64,000 nt of DNA from Octopus vulgaris. Taxonomy: Eukaryota. The translations under genes were made by a program, and so were the position numbers. Within the stretch, counting starts at the first letter, position 1. Each line of letters begins with the position of its first letter. The notes below the pieces were generated by a model that searched no databases, was not told where the DNA came from, and worked only from the letters and a program-made list of their open reading frames with translations. Positions 26,935 through 40,801 of the stretch are shown here, in pieces. The stretch lies in the NCBI GenBank assembly GCA_951406725.2, contig OX597830.1, positions 29,636,001 through 29,700,000 of the forward strand, written 5' to 3'.

Positions 26935-27399
26935 ATATTATATTTGTTAGTATTCTATCGTGTTCTTTTATCTTTCTTTAGTTGGCAGGACTGGATTGGA
27001 GGAAGATTAGACAGCTATTTCAAGCATTTCGAGGAACTTAGCGAGAGCTCTGTTGTTTGCTTGAAATTTTATTAGTAGAATCGGTGGTTAGTTTCACTGC
27101 ATCTATTGTTTCCTTATGGTATATTAAGTCTTGCCAGATATCGTGACTCTATTTTCATTGATCTTCTGTTACGCCAATTCTTTCTAAACTCCTATATGTT
27201 TCCCTCCGAATCATGTTGCTGTTCTTTTATTTTTCTTTCTACTTTTTTCGTTGGTTGTTGTTGTTGTTGTTGTTGTTGTTGGGTGTTGTTGTTTGTGGTG
27301 TAAGGTGGTGTAATTCTCTGTTGCTTCACTTGCCTATGGCAATCAGCTACAGAATTAAATATATATAGATATATATAAAAAAAGTGTGATGTCTTACAT

Positions 27400-28050
27400 T
27401 TCTATTCCAGACTGTTCTTCCATTATATTCTGATCACCTATATTTCGAGTTTGAATTAGATCTTCTGATACTTTGATTGGCTTAAATCAAAGTTTTATTG
27501 AACAACATAGTGATGCAGAAGACATTAGGTTGGCTAATTACAAAATATTTATGTTCTCCAATTGAAAGTAGTCGACTATGGTTTAGCCATGTCATTAGAT
27601 TCCTTATCTTTATTGATGATACGGCGGCTAACGTGAAGAAAGCAGCATCAGTGCGAAATATTTATTAATGACAAACCCTGCAGCAATAAAAGATACACAA
27701 GTAGCCATAGGAATACGGATAATTAGAAATCACACCGAATGAATAACTTATATGAGAATGGTATTGTGTGAAATACAATCTCTACTCCACCGTATAACTT
27801 TATACTAAGCCCCTATTCTATTAGTTAAATAACGAAATTGCTTTGCTTGCAACAATTATCTTTTAATTTATATGAGATATTTCCCTCTCAAACCGCAAAT
27901 GCCTGTAATGATCTGAATCAAAAAGCATTTAAGTACTCTATCTTTGGAAACAGGCTGTTTCAGTCATTGTTAAGCGTGAACAAATCCAATTTCACTGACT
28001 TGGTTAATAGTGGGTATGGATTAGAATTGTATTCGAAGCAGCAATATTTA
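27400..28050 (+). pseudogene. Possible decayed PLE reverse transcriptase fragment
   Basis: PDCSS / SDHLYFEFEL and FSHVIRFLIFIDDTAAN (FIDD motif) in the expected order, with stops and frameshifts. Confidence 0.35.
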
Positions 28051-28225
28051 ACAGAGAAAAATAAAACTTGTGTTCACATGAAGAATTCTTAGTTTTCAAT
28101 ATCTATTTACTAACAATATTAAAAGTGGCATTTCATCATTAATAAAATAAAAGAAATATTGAAATTAAAATTATTATTGTTATTATCATCATCATCATCG
28201 TCATCATCATCATCATCATCATTAA

Positions 28226-28282
<57 letters not shown>

Positions 28283-28289
28283 TATTAGA

Positions 28290-28663
28290 GGCTTTTAGCT
28301 GGAAGAAATGTTGGTACGACGAACAAATTGCTTAGCGGCATTTCGTTGATCTTTATGTTATGAGTTCAAATGCTGCCGAGGACGACATAGCATTTCATCA
28401 ATTTACGGACGATAAAATAAGCACCAGTTGAACATTGAGAACGATGTAATCAACTGATTCACTTCCCCGATCTTGCAGGAATTGTGCCTATATTTGAAAA
28501 GGATTATTAATATTAATGAATAAGTGTTTGACTGGGACTTATTTTATCGACCCCGAAAGTATGAAAGGCAAAGTCGAACTCGGCGGAATTTGAATTCAGA
28601 ATGTAGCGACAGAGAAAATACCGCTAAGCATTTACTCCTGCGTGCTAACGACTCTGCCAGCTC
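28290..28663. mobile_element. Two SINE family A copies (plus ~28290-28500, minus ~28525-28663)
   Basis: Similarity to 8330-8560. Confidence 0.75.
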
Positions 28664-28700
28664 AATAATAATAATCATAATAATAATAATAATAATAATG

Positions 28701-28785
<85 letters not shown>

Positions 28786-28799
28786 TAATAATAATAATG

Positions 28800-28879
<80 letters not shown>
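28664..28879. repeat. (TAA)n
   Basis: Direct reading. Confidence 0.97.
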
Positions 28880-28883
<4 letters not shown>

Positions 28884-29265
28884 TGCATTCTAATTGATGT
28901 ATCAATACCAGCAGATGACAACGTTTCTCTAAAAGAAATGGAGAAAATTTCAAAATACAAATACCTGGAAATAGAGACAACTCGAATGTGGAATCTAAAA
29001 ACAGAAACAATTCAATTTCTATCATGGTAGGTGAATTAGGTATGATAAAAAATATTCAGGCAAATACATAACAAAAATACCAGGACTTACAAATATATAT
29101 AACATACAGAAAATAGAACTACTAGGCCCCTGCACACATCCTACGCAAAACACTTTCAATACAGTAACCATAAGAGCATCACAGCAAACCACAGCACATA
29201 TCCAAGGCGCACAGAGCTGCGCTCGGTAGTGAAGTGAAAGAACGCTATAAAAATAAAACTACTGA
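28880..29265 (+). mobile_element. 5'-truncated RLE-type non-LTR retrotransposon (R4/Dong-like) 3' end inserted in (TAA)n
   Basis: KCILIDVSIPADDNVSLKEMEKISKYKYLEIETTRMWNLKTETI, then VGELGMI after a frameshift (restriction-like endonuclease KxxKY motif). Followed by a 3' UTR; (TAA)n on both sides. Confidence 0.85.
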
Positions 29266-29274
29266 ATGATAATG

Positions 29275-29310
<36 letters not shown>

Positions 29311-29313
29311 GTA

Positions 29314-29364
<51 letters not shown>

Positions 29365-29382
29365 GTAGTAGTAGTAGTAGTA

Positions 29383-29461
<79 letters not shown>

Positions 29462-29492
29462 TAATAATAATAACAATAATAATAATAATAAT
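29266..29492. repeat. (TAA)n with (TAG)n
   Basis: Direct reading. Confidence 0.97.
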
Positions 29493-30064
29493 ATCATCTT
29501 CAGTGCCATTATCATCATCATTACTAGTATCAACATCATCCATATTGATATCGTTGGTTGTTTATTTATTCTCGCTTCCATGTTTTGCGAAATCTTACAG
29601 ATTCTTTGGGATATATTCCCTCTTCATTCAACAAACAGCGATAAGGAAGAATCCAGAGACGGTCAAAAGCAGAAAGTGACTCATGGTTTTAGACTTTTCC
29701 ACAGTCACGGAAATTGGATTACGCCTTCCCCTTCCCCTGCTTATTAACGTTTCTGGTCAAATCCAGCTGTGACTCACAGCACAGGGTCTCTCGCAGCGAC
29801 TCATGACCGAAATTCACTGCAAATGTACTAATGCCATTTCTTATCTTTCGATAGCTTTCGATCGATTTCTTTTAATATTTCCAGTTTCATGAATCTGAGA
29901 ATGAACTTATTTTCATTGTATTTAACATAACCGCTAGTTATGTGGCGATATGTTATAATTCTGCTTTGAGGATGAGTATATTTAATCGTTACAGTATGTA
30001 GGAAATTCTTTTCAAACCTTAAGCATATGTTGAATAAGATTTTCAAATACAATGATCCTGACAA

Positions 30065-30673
30065 TAATGATCATGATGATGATGAATATGATGAGGATGT
30101 GATGATGGTAATGTTGATGATGATGATGGTGATGATGATGATGAGGAAGGGGAGCAAGAAGTTGATGACGATGGTGATGATGATAATGAAAACGACGATG
30201 AAGATTATAATGATGATGAAGACGACGACGATGACGATGCAGATGATGTCGATGATAATGATGATGATGATAACGACGATGATGATGATGATGATGTCAA
30301 TGACGATGATGGGGTGATGATGATGATGATGATGATGATGATGACGAGGAGGAGTGGGTGGATTATGATGAGGATGGGATGATGGTGATGACGAAGATGA
30401 TGATGACGATGATGATGATGATGACGACAACGACGACGACGATGATGAAAACGACGACGACGACGATAATGATAATGATGTCAATGACGATGATGGGATG
30501 ATGATGGGAATTATGATGATGATGTAGAAGAGGAGGAGGAGGAGTGGATTATTATGAGGATGAAATGATGATGATGACGAAGATGATGATGATGACGATG
30601 GGGATGATATTGATGATGATAAAAACGACGACGCCGATTTTGATGATGACGGCGACAACGACGATGACGATGC

Positions 30674-30704
<31 letters not shown>

Positions 30705-30750
30705 AATGACGATGACGACGACGATGATGATGATGTCAATGACTGCGATG

Positions 30751-30781
<31 letters not shown>

Positions 30782-30915
30782 CGATAAGGAGGAGGAGGAA
30801 AACATGATAGACAACAACGATGATGAAGACGACGGCGAAGATAATGGCAATGAATATGACGCCAAAAACGACGGATACTGTGACGACAATGCTGATGATG
30901 ATGATGACGATGACT
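30065..30915. repeat. Long degenerate (GAT/GAC)n array
   Basis: Direct reading. Confidence 0.93.
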
Positions 30916-31164
30916 TTGGTTATATAAGGGGGAAACTAATATAGTTTTGCTCTGGCAATATCATCACTTACTTCCGTAGGTGTAGATATCCTAATGCAGT
31001 TATATTTTTATGTCTGTAATATTTCGGAACGGATATTTGTGAATAGACAAGCAAATCAACCGAATAATCGACAGCTGTAATTTATCACAACATTCCAATT
31101 GATAGTAGTTTTTGCTTAGACAACGATATCATATATATATATGGGTGTGTATATATATATATAA

Positions 31165-31470
31165 TCAATAATAATAAAAGGTAAAATTAATTAATCAATT
31201 AATAATTAATAATTTTACCAAGTAGTTCGACATGTTAAAAAAAAACATTATCGGTAAATTTAAACAGAAATTTTTATAATTATGGGTATAATTATAATTA
31301 GGTTTCAGCCCAAAATTTGCTTCACCACAAACCGAAATTTTGAAATAGCTGTCGAAACTAGCTATTTCCCTACCATAAGAAAATCTCCCAGACAACAATA
31401 CACCACAATCCACGTAGGCAGAGTTAGATGTGAAAAATGCAAAGAATGCAAAAATCACATTTCCACTCCA
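31165..31470. repeat. Dispersed repeat, second copy at ~62900-63095
   Basis: Shared accaagtag..., aaaacattatcggtaaa, ttgcttcaccaca.accgaaa...gaaatagc. Confidence 0.7.
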
Positions 31471-33809
31471 TATATATATATATATATATGCAGTTGAGGA
31501 AGGTGTCTGTAGGTTTACATACATACACGCATACACAAACGCACACATATATACGTACATACAGACATGCATACATGCATACATACATGCATACATACAT
31601 GCATGCATACATACATACATGTAGCCATACATTTGTAAACAAAATTTTAGAAGCCAAATAGCGTGTAGGGAATAGATTATAAAACCGATTACAAGTTCGT
31701 TAGGATTACAGATGTTATTAATAGATATACTTATTCGATGTATGTACAAGAATCCGGGGAAATCCGGGGAATTTTTTTCATATCATATACTGGAATAAAG
31801 GGAGACTTTTTTTTTTTTGTTACATTCATTGTTAACAGTATCTGAAATCGTAACGGTTTCATGCACTTTTATAGCGAAATTTCGTTTGCTAGAGAAACAT
31901 ATATTTGCACATATGTATTGTTAATATATAATATTTACACACATCGTTTGACAACCGATTTAGGTGTGTTCACGTCCCCGTAATGTAACGGTTTCCCAAA
32001 AGTAACCGACAGAACAAATACTAGGCTTACAAAGAATAAATCCTGGAGTCGATTTCTTCGACTAAAACGTCTTTAAGGCGATGCTCGCTCAAGCATGGCT
32101 GCTGTCAAATAAGTGAAAGAATTGTTTTTTAAATAAGAGAATGTATTCATTTATAATGTAAGCTTAGAACACAATGCTAGACCTGTATCGTCCGTATTGA
32201 ATGACCTCAATCTTGATGGCAGTGAGCTCACTTTACAGCATTTCGTCCGTCTTTCTGCTTTGAGTTCAAATTCTGCTGAGGTCGATTTTGCCTTTCATCC
32301 CTTCGGAGACGATACAATACGTACCAGTTGAGTGCTGGGGTCGTTGTAATCGACTTATCAGCTCCCCGAAATTACTGGCTTTGTGCCAGAACTTGAAAGC
32401 AATATTGAATATACCCAATATAAAAGATATGTCCTTCATATATTTGCGGGGAGGGGTAGATGGTTTCGGATTTAGGTACAATGCAAGTTATTTTGTGGGA
32501 TGGAGCTTAGTCGAATCTGTTGACTCTAATATTAGACTGGAGTCGATAATAGTAAAGATCAGTACTGACCAGTAATTTATTTTATGGATCTCAATAGGAG
32601 GAAAGATAAAGGCTACCTGCGTGGGATTTACATTAAGAAAGTAAAGCTCTCAAAGAATTACCGCAAAGCAGTTTTTCCGGAGCTCTAACATTCTGCCAGC
32701 TCAGCACAGCGTATATTGTTACGAACTTTGGCAAAGGACCAATGACCAACAATGTGATAGGGAGAAAAACTGATTATATCAACCCGAGTGTTGACTGATA
32801 CTTTGTATTATCCATTCCGAAAGGATTAAAGGCAGAAATTACTTGGAGGTGGGTACCAAGTTATATGATAATCGTAGTATGTATTTGAGATTTCACTGAC
32901 ATCATTGTGAAATTGATAATTATTGAACTAATAAAGAACAGATATATTGAACTACTGACGTACAGCATTATTGGAAAATTGAATCTAATTAGAATGTAAA
33001 AATAGATATTTTTTGAGAATTTTCAAAATTTATAATGTACGCATAGAAAGCAATGGTAGATCTATATCGTCAATATTGAATGGCGTCAATCTTGACGGCA
33101 GTGAACTCGCTTTGCAGCGTTTTGTCCGATCTTTACTCTTTCAGTTCAAATTCCTTTCATCCCTTCGGGGTCGATACAGTAGGTACCAGATGAATGCTGG
33201 GGTCGATGTAATCAGTCTATCACCTCCCCGAAATTGCTGGCTTTGAACCAGAATTTGAAACCAATATTGAATAAACTGAAATTCTTTTGTGAGGTAGATG
33301 AAAAAAGTGTGTAATACGCCATTACACATATCGGCTGCTGAAACTTAAAAGTTAAAAACAAAAAAAAAAACAATAAATTGGAAGGATAGAACTCCAATCC
33401 AAGGATTAAAAGTTTGGGAAGATTTCCAAAGTAGAACATGAAAACGAATATAGTCTTAAACTTATCCAATGAAAGTAACAGGCATTTTCGGAGTTATTTG
33501 ATCTGTTAGTCGATGTGTAGAAATGAGGGGAATATAGAGGGGGGATATAATTAATGAATTCGGTACATCGAAGTTTTCTGTTACACAGCAGGAAATAGCA
33601 AAATCTTATACGTATCATATTATTTAGTATGAAGATTGTTCCCTTGCGCTAGTTTCTCTCAGACACATGCATGATATAGCTAGAGACATTGGCGTATATA
33701 TATGTAATTGTTTTCTTGCTCCTAATAAATATGCTTCCACGTAGAGGAAATATAATTTCTAAGTGCACGGAAAATCGCAAAACGGATGGAATAGTTACGT
33801 AATTCACAT

Positions 33810-34245
33810 CTTTTAAATTTTATCTTTTACTTATTTTAGTCATTAGACTTCAGCCATGCTAGGGCACCGCCTTGAAGAATTTTTCGTCCAATGGATCGAC
33901 CCCAGTACTGTTTTTAAGCCCGGTACTAATTCTATCTTGTAGCGAACTTCTAGATTACGGTGACGTAAGCACACCAACAGATAGATTGTCAAGCGGCGGA
34001 GGGAGACAAGCACAGACACAAAGACAGATACACACGCCTATATATACACATACACGCATGCACGCATGCACACACACATACATGACAGGATTCTTTCAGT
34101 TTCCGTCAACCTAATATACTCACAAGGTTTTGGTTGGCCCAAGGATATAGCAGAAGTCAGCTGTTCAAGATTCCCCGCAATGGGAGTGAACACGAAACCA
34201 TGCGGTTGGGAAGCAAGCTTCTTACTACAGAGCCACGCCTGCGCT
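33810..34245 (-). mobile_element. SINE family B
   Basis: Reverse-complement similarity to 4581-5024. Confidence 0.8.
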
Positions 34246-34386
34246 ATGATGAGAATATTTTGTTCAATTCAACGGCGTCCAAACTTAGAAAGTTCCGCCC
34301 TTGTTTCTTGCCTTTCCAAACAATGTCACAGACGGCGGTTCATTTGGAATTTCGTCAGATGAGTGGTACTGGTAGTGTCACCCTAT

Positions 34387-34618
34387 AGGCGGCGAGCTGG
34401 CAGAAACGTTAGCACGCCGGGCGAAATGCTTAGCGGTATTTCGTCTGCCGTTACGTTGTGAGTTCAAATTCCGCCGAGGTCGACTTTGCCTTTCATCCTT
34501 TCGGGGTCGATAAATTAAGTACCAGTTACGCACTGGGGTCGATGTAATCGACTTAATACCTATGTCTGTCCTTGTTTGTCCCCTCTGTGTTTAGCCCCTT
34601 GTGGGTGATAAAGAAATA
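34387..34618 (+). mobile_element. SINE family A, young copy with 16-bp TSD
   Basis: TSD ggtagtgtcaccctat at 34371-34386 and 34619-34634. Confidence 0.95.
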
Positions 34619-34719
34619 GGTAGTGTCACCCTATTTTCAATTAACAATTGATATACACTTACAGAACTATTAGAATAATCAGTTAACTTAATCTATAATT
34701 CAATAATTAAGAATTCCAA

Positions 34720-34935
34720 GGCGGTGACATGTCAGAACAGTTAGCACGCCGGGCAAAATGCTAAGCGGCATTTCGTTAGTCTTTATGTTCTCAGTTCAAA
34801 TTCCACCGAGATCGACTTTGCATTTCGTACTTTAGTGGGTCGATAAATTAAGTACCTGTTGCGTACTGGGATCGATCTAATCGACTGACCCTTCTCCAAA
34901 AATTTCGGGCGTTGTGCCTTGAGTAGAAAAGAATA
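34720..34935 (+). mobile_element. SINE family A, variant 3' tail
   Basis: Same head and core; tail ...aaaatttcgggcgttgtgccttgagtagaaaagaat. Confidence 0.85.
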
Positions 34936-35220
34936 TGTGCAGTGGAAAAATTCGTAAACATTTAGTACCTACTTTGATAGTTCAGCAAAGTGATATTTTG
35001 AGGGTTAATGTGCATTTACAGAATGGCAGAACAATCAAAATATATTCGTTAGAAATAACAACGTAAGGAGTTTGAGAAAATTACGGAAAATATGTTTTGT
35101 AGATATATTTTATCGAGACGGAACTGAAACTGTGATAAACATTTATGAAACAATTCATCTGTTGCGCATGTATGTGGGAATGCATACGTATACAAACATA
35201 TATATATATATATACATACG

Positions 35221-35318
<98 letters not shown>

Positions 35319-35401
35319 AAGTCATGAATAATGGGTTTTACATATTTCTATATTTCTGCAATTATATACATAAATATATGTATGTGTGCGTGTTTGTGTA
35401 A

Positions 35402-35444
<43 letters not shown>

Positions 35445-35493
35445 TAGATAGATATAGATATATAGATATATAGTTATATACATTCATAAATAC

Positions 35494-35528
<35 letters not shown>

Positions 35529-36048
35529 ATACATATACATATATATACACACACACACACATAGAGAGAGAGAGAGGAAATGTGTTATGTATGTACATAC
35601 ATAAAGTAATCACTGATACATTCGCTTGTACGAACAAACAGTTTCACGCATAGGGATACATATGTGGCGCTATATTGTCTTACTGTATTTTCATTTTTCC
35701 ATCTTGCTTCGCTTCATATTATATATACATCAGATAAATTTCGTGGAAATGAGGTCATAGCATTTAATCTCAGTAAACACCTGTCGTATCTCTCCAAATC
35801 ATACGAGACTGAGGCTGAGACGATCACGCTTTGGCAAATAGGCATAGCAAACAGCGTCATATGTATTTCCTTAAGTAGTGTTTAATTGCATGAAATATTT
35901 TTTGTTTTTCCATAGTATTACAACGAAGAAGAGAGAAAGAAGAAAATAATAAAAAAAAGTGATTATCGTATCTGTGGTTCAGTTTCCACCCTCAACCTCT
36001 CTCTTTCTTTCTCTTTCTCTCTCTCTCCCCCTCTCTCTCTCTCTCTCT

Positions 36049-36320
36049 CTCTCTCGCTCGCTCGTTCTCTCTCTTTCTCTTCCTCTTCTTCTTTCTCATT
36101 CACATCCACGCATAATCACTCTCTCTCTCTCTTTCTCTCACACACTCATTTTCTCGTTTTCATTCTTTTTCCAGTCTCTCTCTCGCTCGCTCGTTCTCTC
36201 TCTTTCTCCCTCTCTTCTACTTTCTCATTCACATCCACGCATAATCACTCTCTCTCTCTTTCTCTCACACACTCATTTTCTCGTTTTCATTCTTTTTCCA
36301 AGTCTCTCTCGCTCTCTCTC
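36049..36320. repeat. ~130-bp CT-rich tandem duplication
   Basis: cattcacatccacgcataatcactctc...cattttctcgttttcattctttttcca occurs twice. Confidence 0.85.
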
Positions 36321-36534
36321 TCAGAGGAAAAACAAGGAGAAAACATAAGAAAGGCAAGATATAATTGGACAGAGTTCAGGGAAATGATGATGATGATGAG
36401 AAGGAGGAGGATGGTGGTGGTGGTGGTGTTGGTAGTCGTTGCAGTGGTGATGGCTATGAAGATGATTAATATTTTGATGATGGAAACAAGAAAAAGAACA
36501 GCAACAACAACAACGATAATAACAATAAGAATAA

Positions 36535-37190
36535 TCCTCTCTACTATAGGCACAAGGCTTGGAATTTCAGGAACGGATCCTAGTCAATTACATCGAGCCT
36601 GGTGTCTCACTGGGAGTTGATTTAGCGACCACGAAAAAGGATAAGAGGCAAAGCTGACCTCGGCGGAATTCGAAATCAGAAAGCAGCGACTGGCGAAATA
36701 CTGCTATGCAATTCGTCCATCATGCTTAACAATTCAGCCACCTCACAACCTTAAATATTAATGATTTCAAATTTTGACACAAGACCAGCAATATCATGTA
36801 TGGGATAAGTCGATCCACTGTCTGATACGTTGGGCAAGTGTCTTCCTATATAACCTCGGGCCGAGCAAATACTTGTGAGTGGATTTCGGGGAGGGAAACT
36901 GAAAGAAGACCGTCGTATATATATGTGGGGAGGGGCTTGTGTGTGTGCGTGTGTGTCTGTGTTTGTCCTCCTCCATCGCTTGACAAGTGATGTGGGTGTG
37001 CTTACGTCTCCACTTACTTAGCGTTTCGGTAAAAGAAATCGATTGAATAAGTACTGGGCTTACAAAGAATAAGTCCTGGGGTCGATTTCTTCGACTAAAG
37101 GCGGTTTTCCAGCAAGGCCGCAGTAAAATAACTGCAACAAGTGAAAGAAGAAAAGAGCAAAATAATAATAATAATAATAATTATTATAAT

Positions 37191-37245
<55 letters not shown>

Positions 37246-38080
37246 TTTTCAAATTTTGCCACAAGGGAAGCCCTTTTGGAGAAAGGTTAAGTCGACTACA
37301 TCGACCCCAATGCATATCTGATATTTAAATTACCGATTTTGAAGTCAAGCAAAGTAAATTTGATCTCCACGAAATTTGAACTGAAAACAAATATCCAAAA
37401 AAAAGAAATAACGTTAAGTATTTTGTTCGACGCGCTAATATGCCTGCCATCACGCCGCCGTTTGATAAATATTCTTTAAAATCTTTTGCGCAAAGCTAGC
37501 AAGAGAGGTGAGGAATATAATATTCATTTTTATTCTAAGCACGAGGCCCGAAATTTTGTGGGAGGGGGCTAGTCGATTAGATTGACCCAAGTACACAACT
37601 GGTACTTAATTTATCGACACCCAAATGATTAAAGGCAAAGTAGACCTCGGGGGATTTTGAACTCGGAAGGTAAAGACAGACAAAATAGATAGGAAAATAA
37701 TATTCTTTTCTATTCAAGGTAAAAAACCCAAAATTTGTGGATATGGATGCAGTCGCTTAGATCGACCACTGTATGCAACTGGTACTTAACATATCGACCT
37801 GAAAGGATAAAAGGCAAAGTCGACCTCGGCGAAATTTGAACTCGGAACGTACAGACAGACGAAATACCGCTAAGTATTTCGCCTGGCGTGCTACCGTTTC
37901 TACCTGCTCGCCGCCTTTATAACTTTTTCTACTTTAGGCACAGGGCCCGACATTTTTTTGGTGCAGCAGTCGATTAGATCGACCGCAGTACGCGACTGGT
38001 ACTTAATTTATCGACCCGGAAAGGATGATTGGCAAAGTCGACCACGGTGGAATTTGAACTCAGAACGAAAGACAGAGATG
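36535..38080. mobile_element. Cluster of minus-strand family A SINEs with a plus-strand family B copy (~36828-37160)
   Basis: Repeated ggcaaag...gacc.cgg.g.aatttgaactc cores. Confidence 0.8.
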
Positions 38081-38334
38081 AAAATAATATTGATAACAAA
38101 TGCTTCAAATTTTGATGCTTTTGGTAGGAAGGTGGTAAGTTGATTTCATTTAGCTCTATACATATCATAATGGATAACAGAGGGATGAAATGAAAAGTTC
38201 ATTTCGTCGTAATTTATGATCAGTATAATAACATGAACATAAATCCTGCAACGCACGTTTTCACTGCTCTAACGATTCAGCCAGTTACAGTAGATAATAC
38301 CCTCTGCAATGAAACACATCACCTGGAATATTCC

Positions 38335-38536
38335 TTTAGTCTTTTACTTGTTTTAGTCATTTGACTGCGGCCATGATAGAGCATCGCCTTTAGTCGAGCA
38401 AATCGATCCCAGGGCTTATTCTTTGTAAGCCTAGTACTTACTACTTTTGCCGAACCGCTAAGTTACGGGGACGTAAACACACCAGCATCGGTTGTCAAGC
38501 GATGTTGGAGGGAGAAACACAGACACAGAAACAGAT

Positions 38537-38581
<45 letters not shown>

Positions 38582-38756
38582 TACATATATACGACGAGCT
38601 TCTTTTGAGTCCCGTCTGCCAAATCCACTCAAAAGGCTTTGGTAGACCCGAGGCTATAATGGAAGACACTTGCCCAAGGTGCCACGCAGTAGGAATGAAC
38701 CTGGAACCATGTGATTGGTAAGCAAGCTACTTATCACACGGTCACTCCTGCGCCTA
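38335..38756 (-). mobile_element. SINE family B
   Basis: Reverse complement of 25426-25825. Confidence 0.9.
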
Positions 38757-38935
38757 TTAGAGGAGTATAGTCGAATACGTCGAACCCAGTTCTCAAATGG
38801 TACTTATTTCATCGACCCCAAAAGGTAAACGGTAAAGTCGAACCCGGCGGAATGTGTCAAAGGAGGAAGATGAAGTCGGTGCAATCAAAACACGCTTTTA
38901 ACTGGTATCATAAATATGAACGATAGCTGTAAATA

Positions 38936-39148
38936 CGAGGTGGTGCTGAAAAAGTTCCTGGGTTTAAGGGTATCTCGAAAGGCCTGGTTTTTGGTTCAAA
39001 CTTCCTAGTTCTTAGAAAAACGGTAAAACCGCTGGAATAAGCGAGTGAATCTGAGAGAGGAATACCCGTACGTTGAATAAAATAATTCACTGATCCTGCA
39101 GTATTATTTTTTTAAATCCAAAACCACAAACTTTTCAGTAATCCTCCG
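38936..39148. mobile_element. Mariner-derived MITE
   Basis: TA|cgaggtggtgctgaaaaagtt...aaacttttcagtaatcctccg|TA imperfect TIRs; no coding capacity. Confidence 0.65.
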
Positions 39149-39439
39149 TAAGACTAACATAAACGCCATCTTCATCCCTCCTCTTTCTCCTCCTCCTCCT
39201 CCTCCTCCTCATCATCATCATCATCACCATCATTACCATCCTCACCGCCACCACCACCACCAGCATTGTCCTCCTACTCCCCCTCCTCCCCTCCTCCTCC
39301 TCATCATCATCACCATCATTACCATCCTCCTCACCACCACCACCACCACCAGCATTGTCCTCCTACTCCCCCTCCTCCCCTCATCATCATCATCATCATC
39401 ATCATCACTTACTTGAATAAAGAAGAACAAACATAGAGG

Positions 39440-39657
39440 GGCTCTAGGACCCCTTGAATCGATAAAAAAAATCACTCTTTTTGCCATAGCAACCACATCT
39501 TTATAGCTTGCGAATTTTAACGATCGCGGGTCTCATCCTCACCACGCATTTAGTATCCCTGCCAATTTTCAGCTCGATCCTAGTCTCAGTTTGACCGCCG
39601 TTCACCGCCAAAGCAAAACGTGCATACAATTTTCGTCCAAGGACTGTTTTATATATT
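39440..39657. mobile_element. Possible Helitron/Helentron-type non-autonomous fragment
   Basis: tatccctgccaattttcagctcgatcc...agtttgaccgcc...ttttatatat resembles such elements; pattern recall only. Confidence 0.35.
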
Positions 39658-39892
39658 TACGACAAGCTTCTTTCATTTTCTGTCTACGTAATCCACTCAC
39701 AAGTCTTCTGTCGACCCGAGGCTATAGCAGTAGTTATTTGCCCAAGTGACATGCAGTGGTACTGACCTCTGGACTATGAGGCTGGGAAGTAAGATTCTTA
39801 CCACACAGCCACGCCTGCGCCTATATATGTGAGGTATGTGAGTGTGTGTGCGTTCGTGTACGCGCACGGGTGTGTGTGAGTATATTTATATT

Positions 39893-39968
<76 letters not shown>

Positions 39969-39970
<2 letters not shown>

Positions 39971-40181
39971 AGCAGCAGAAAATTCAACAAAATCTGTTAC
40001 TCTGAGTTTCTCGCCGTTCATCAGACAGTTTTAGCAAAAACTGTCTGATGAACGGCAACGAGAAACTCAGAGTAACAGATTTTGTTGAATTTTCTGCTGC
40101 TTAAAATAAAGCATATTACTCTACCACTGGTATTTGAGTACTCTTTTTCCACCTTGTTTCACATTTATGTGTTTACTCCGG
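39969..40181. mobile_element. Palindromic PLE-type terminal element carrying hammerheads on both strands
   Basis: 39969-40032 is the reverse complement of 40037-40103 apart from a 3-nt indel; embedded in (TA)n. Confidence 0.85.
40041..40078 (+). ncRNA. Minimal type I hammerhead ribozyme
   Basis: CTGT-CTGATGA-aCG gcaa CGa-GAAA-CTC a GAG-TA-ACAG. The mirror copy on the minus strand (39994-40028) lacks 3 nt of stem-loop II. Confidence 0.78.
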
Positions 40182-40206
40182 TATATATATATATATATAT
40201 ATATAT

Positions 40207-40528
40207 GGCTCAGTAGTTAGAGCGTCGAGCTTACGATCGTGAGGTTGTGAGCTCGAATCCCGGACCGGGCTGCGTGTTGTGTTCTTGAGCAAAGCACTTT
40301 ATTTCACGTTGCTCCAGTTCACTCAGCTGTAGAAATGAGTCGCGACGTCACTGGTGCCAAGCTGTATCGGCCTTTGTCTTTCCCTTGGATGACATCAGTG
40401 GCATGGAGAGGGGAGGCTGGTATGCATGGGCGACTGCTGGTCTTCCATAAACAACCTTGCCCGGACTTGTGTCTAGGAGGGTAACTTTCTAGGTGCAATC
40501 CCATGGTCATTCATGACCGAAGGGGGTC
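40207..40528 (+). mobile_element. SINE family C (tRNA head, gtgttcttgagcaaagcacttt core)
   Basis: A-box ggctcagtagttagagcg and B-box-like gagctcgaatccc; related copies at ~47535-47680, ~48035-48150 and ~56025-56295. Confidence 0.85.
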
Positions 40529-40532
40529 AATG

Positions 40533-40648
<116 letters not shown>

Positions 40649-40801
40649 TATACATATATATATATATGTATATACATATATATATATATATATATATACA
40701 TATATATATACACATATATATATGCATATATATATACATATATATATATATGTGTGTGTGTGTGTTTGTATTTTTACGTAAAGGCTTATATTTGGCTGCA
40801 A

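Noticed and set aside
29677-29805. Two TGACTCA (AP-1) sites and one near match
   Set aside because: Short motifs are expected by chance; no supporting context.
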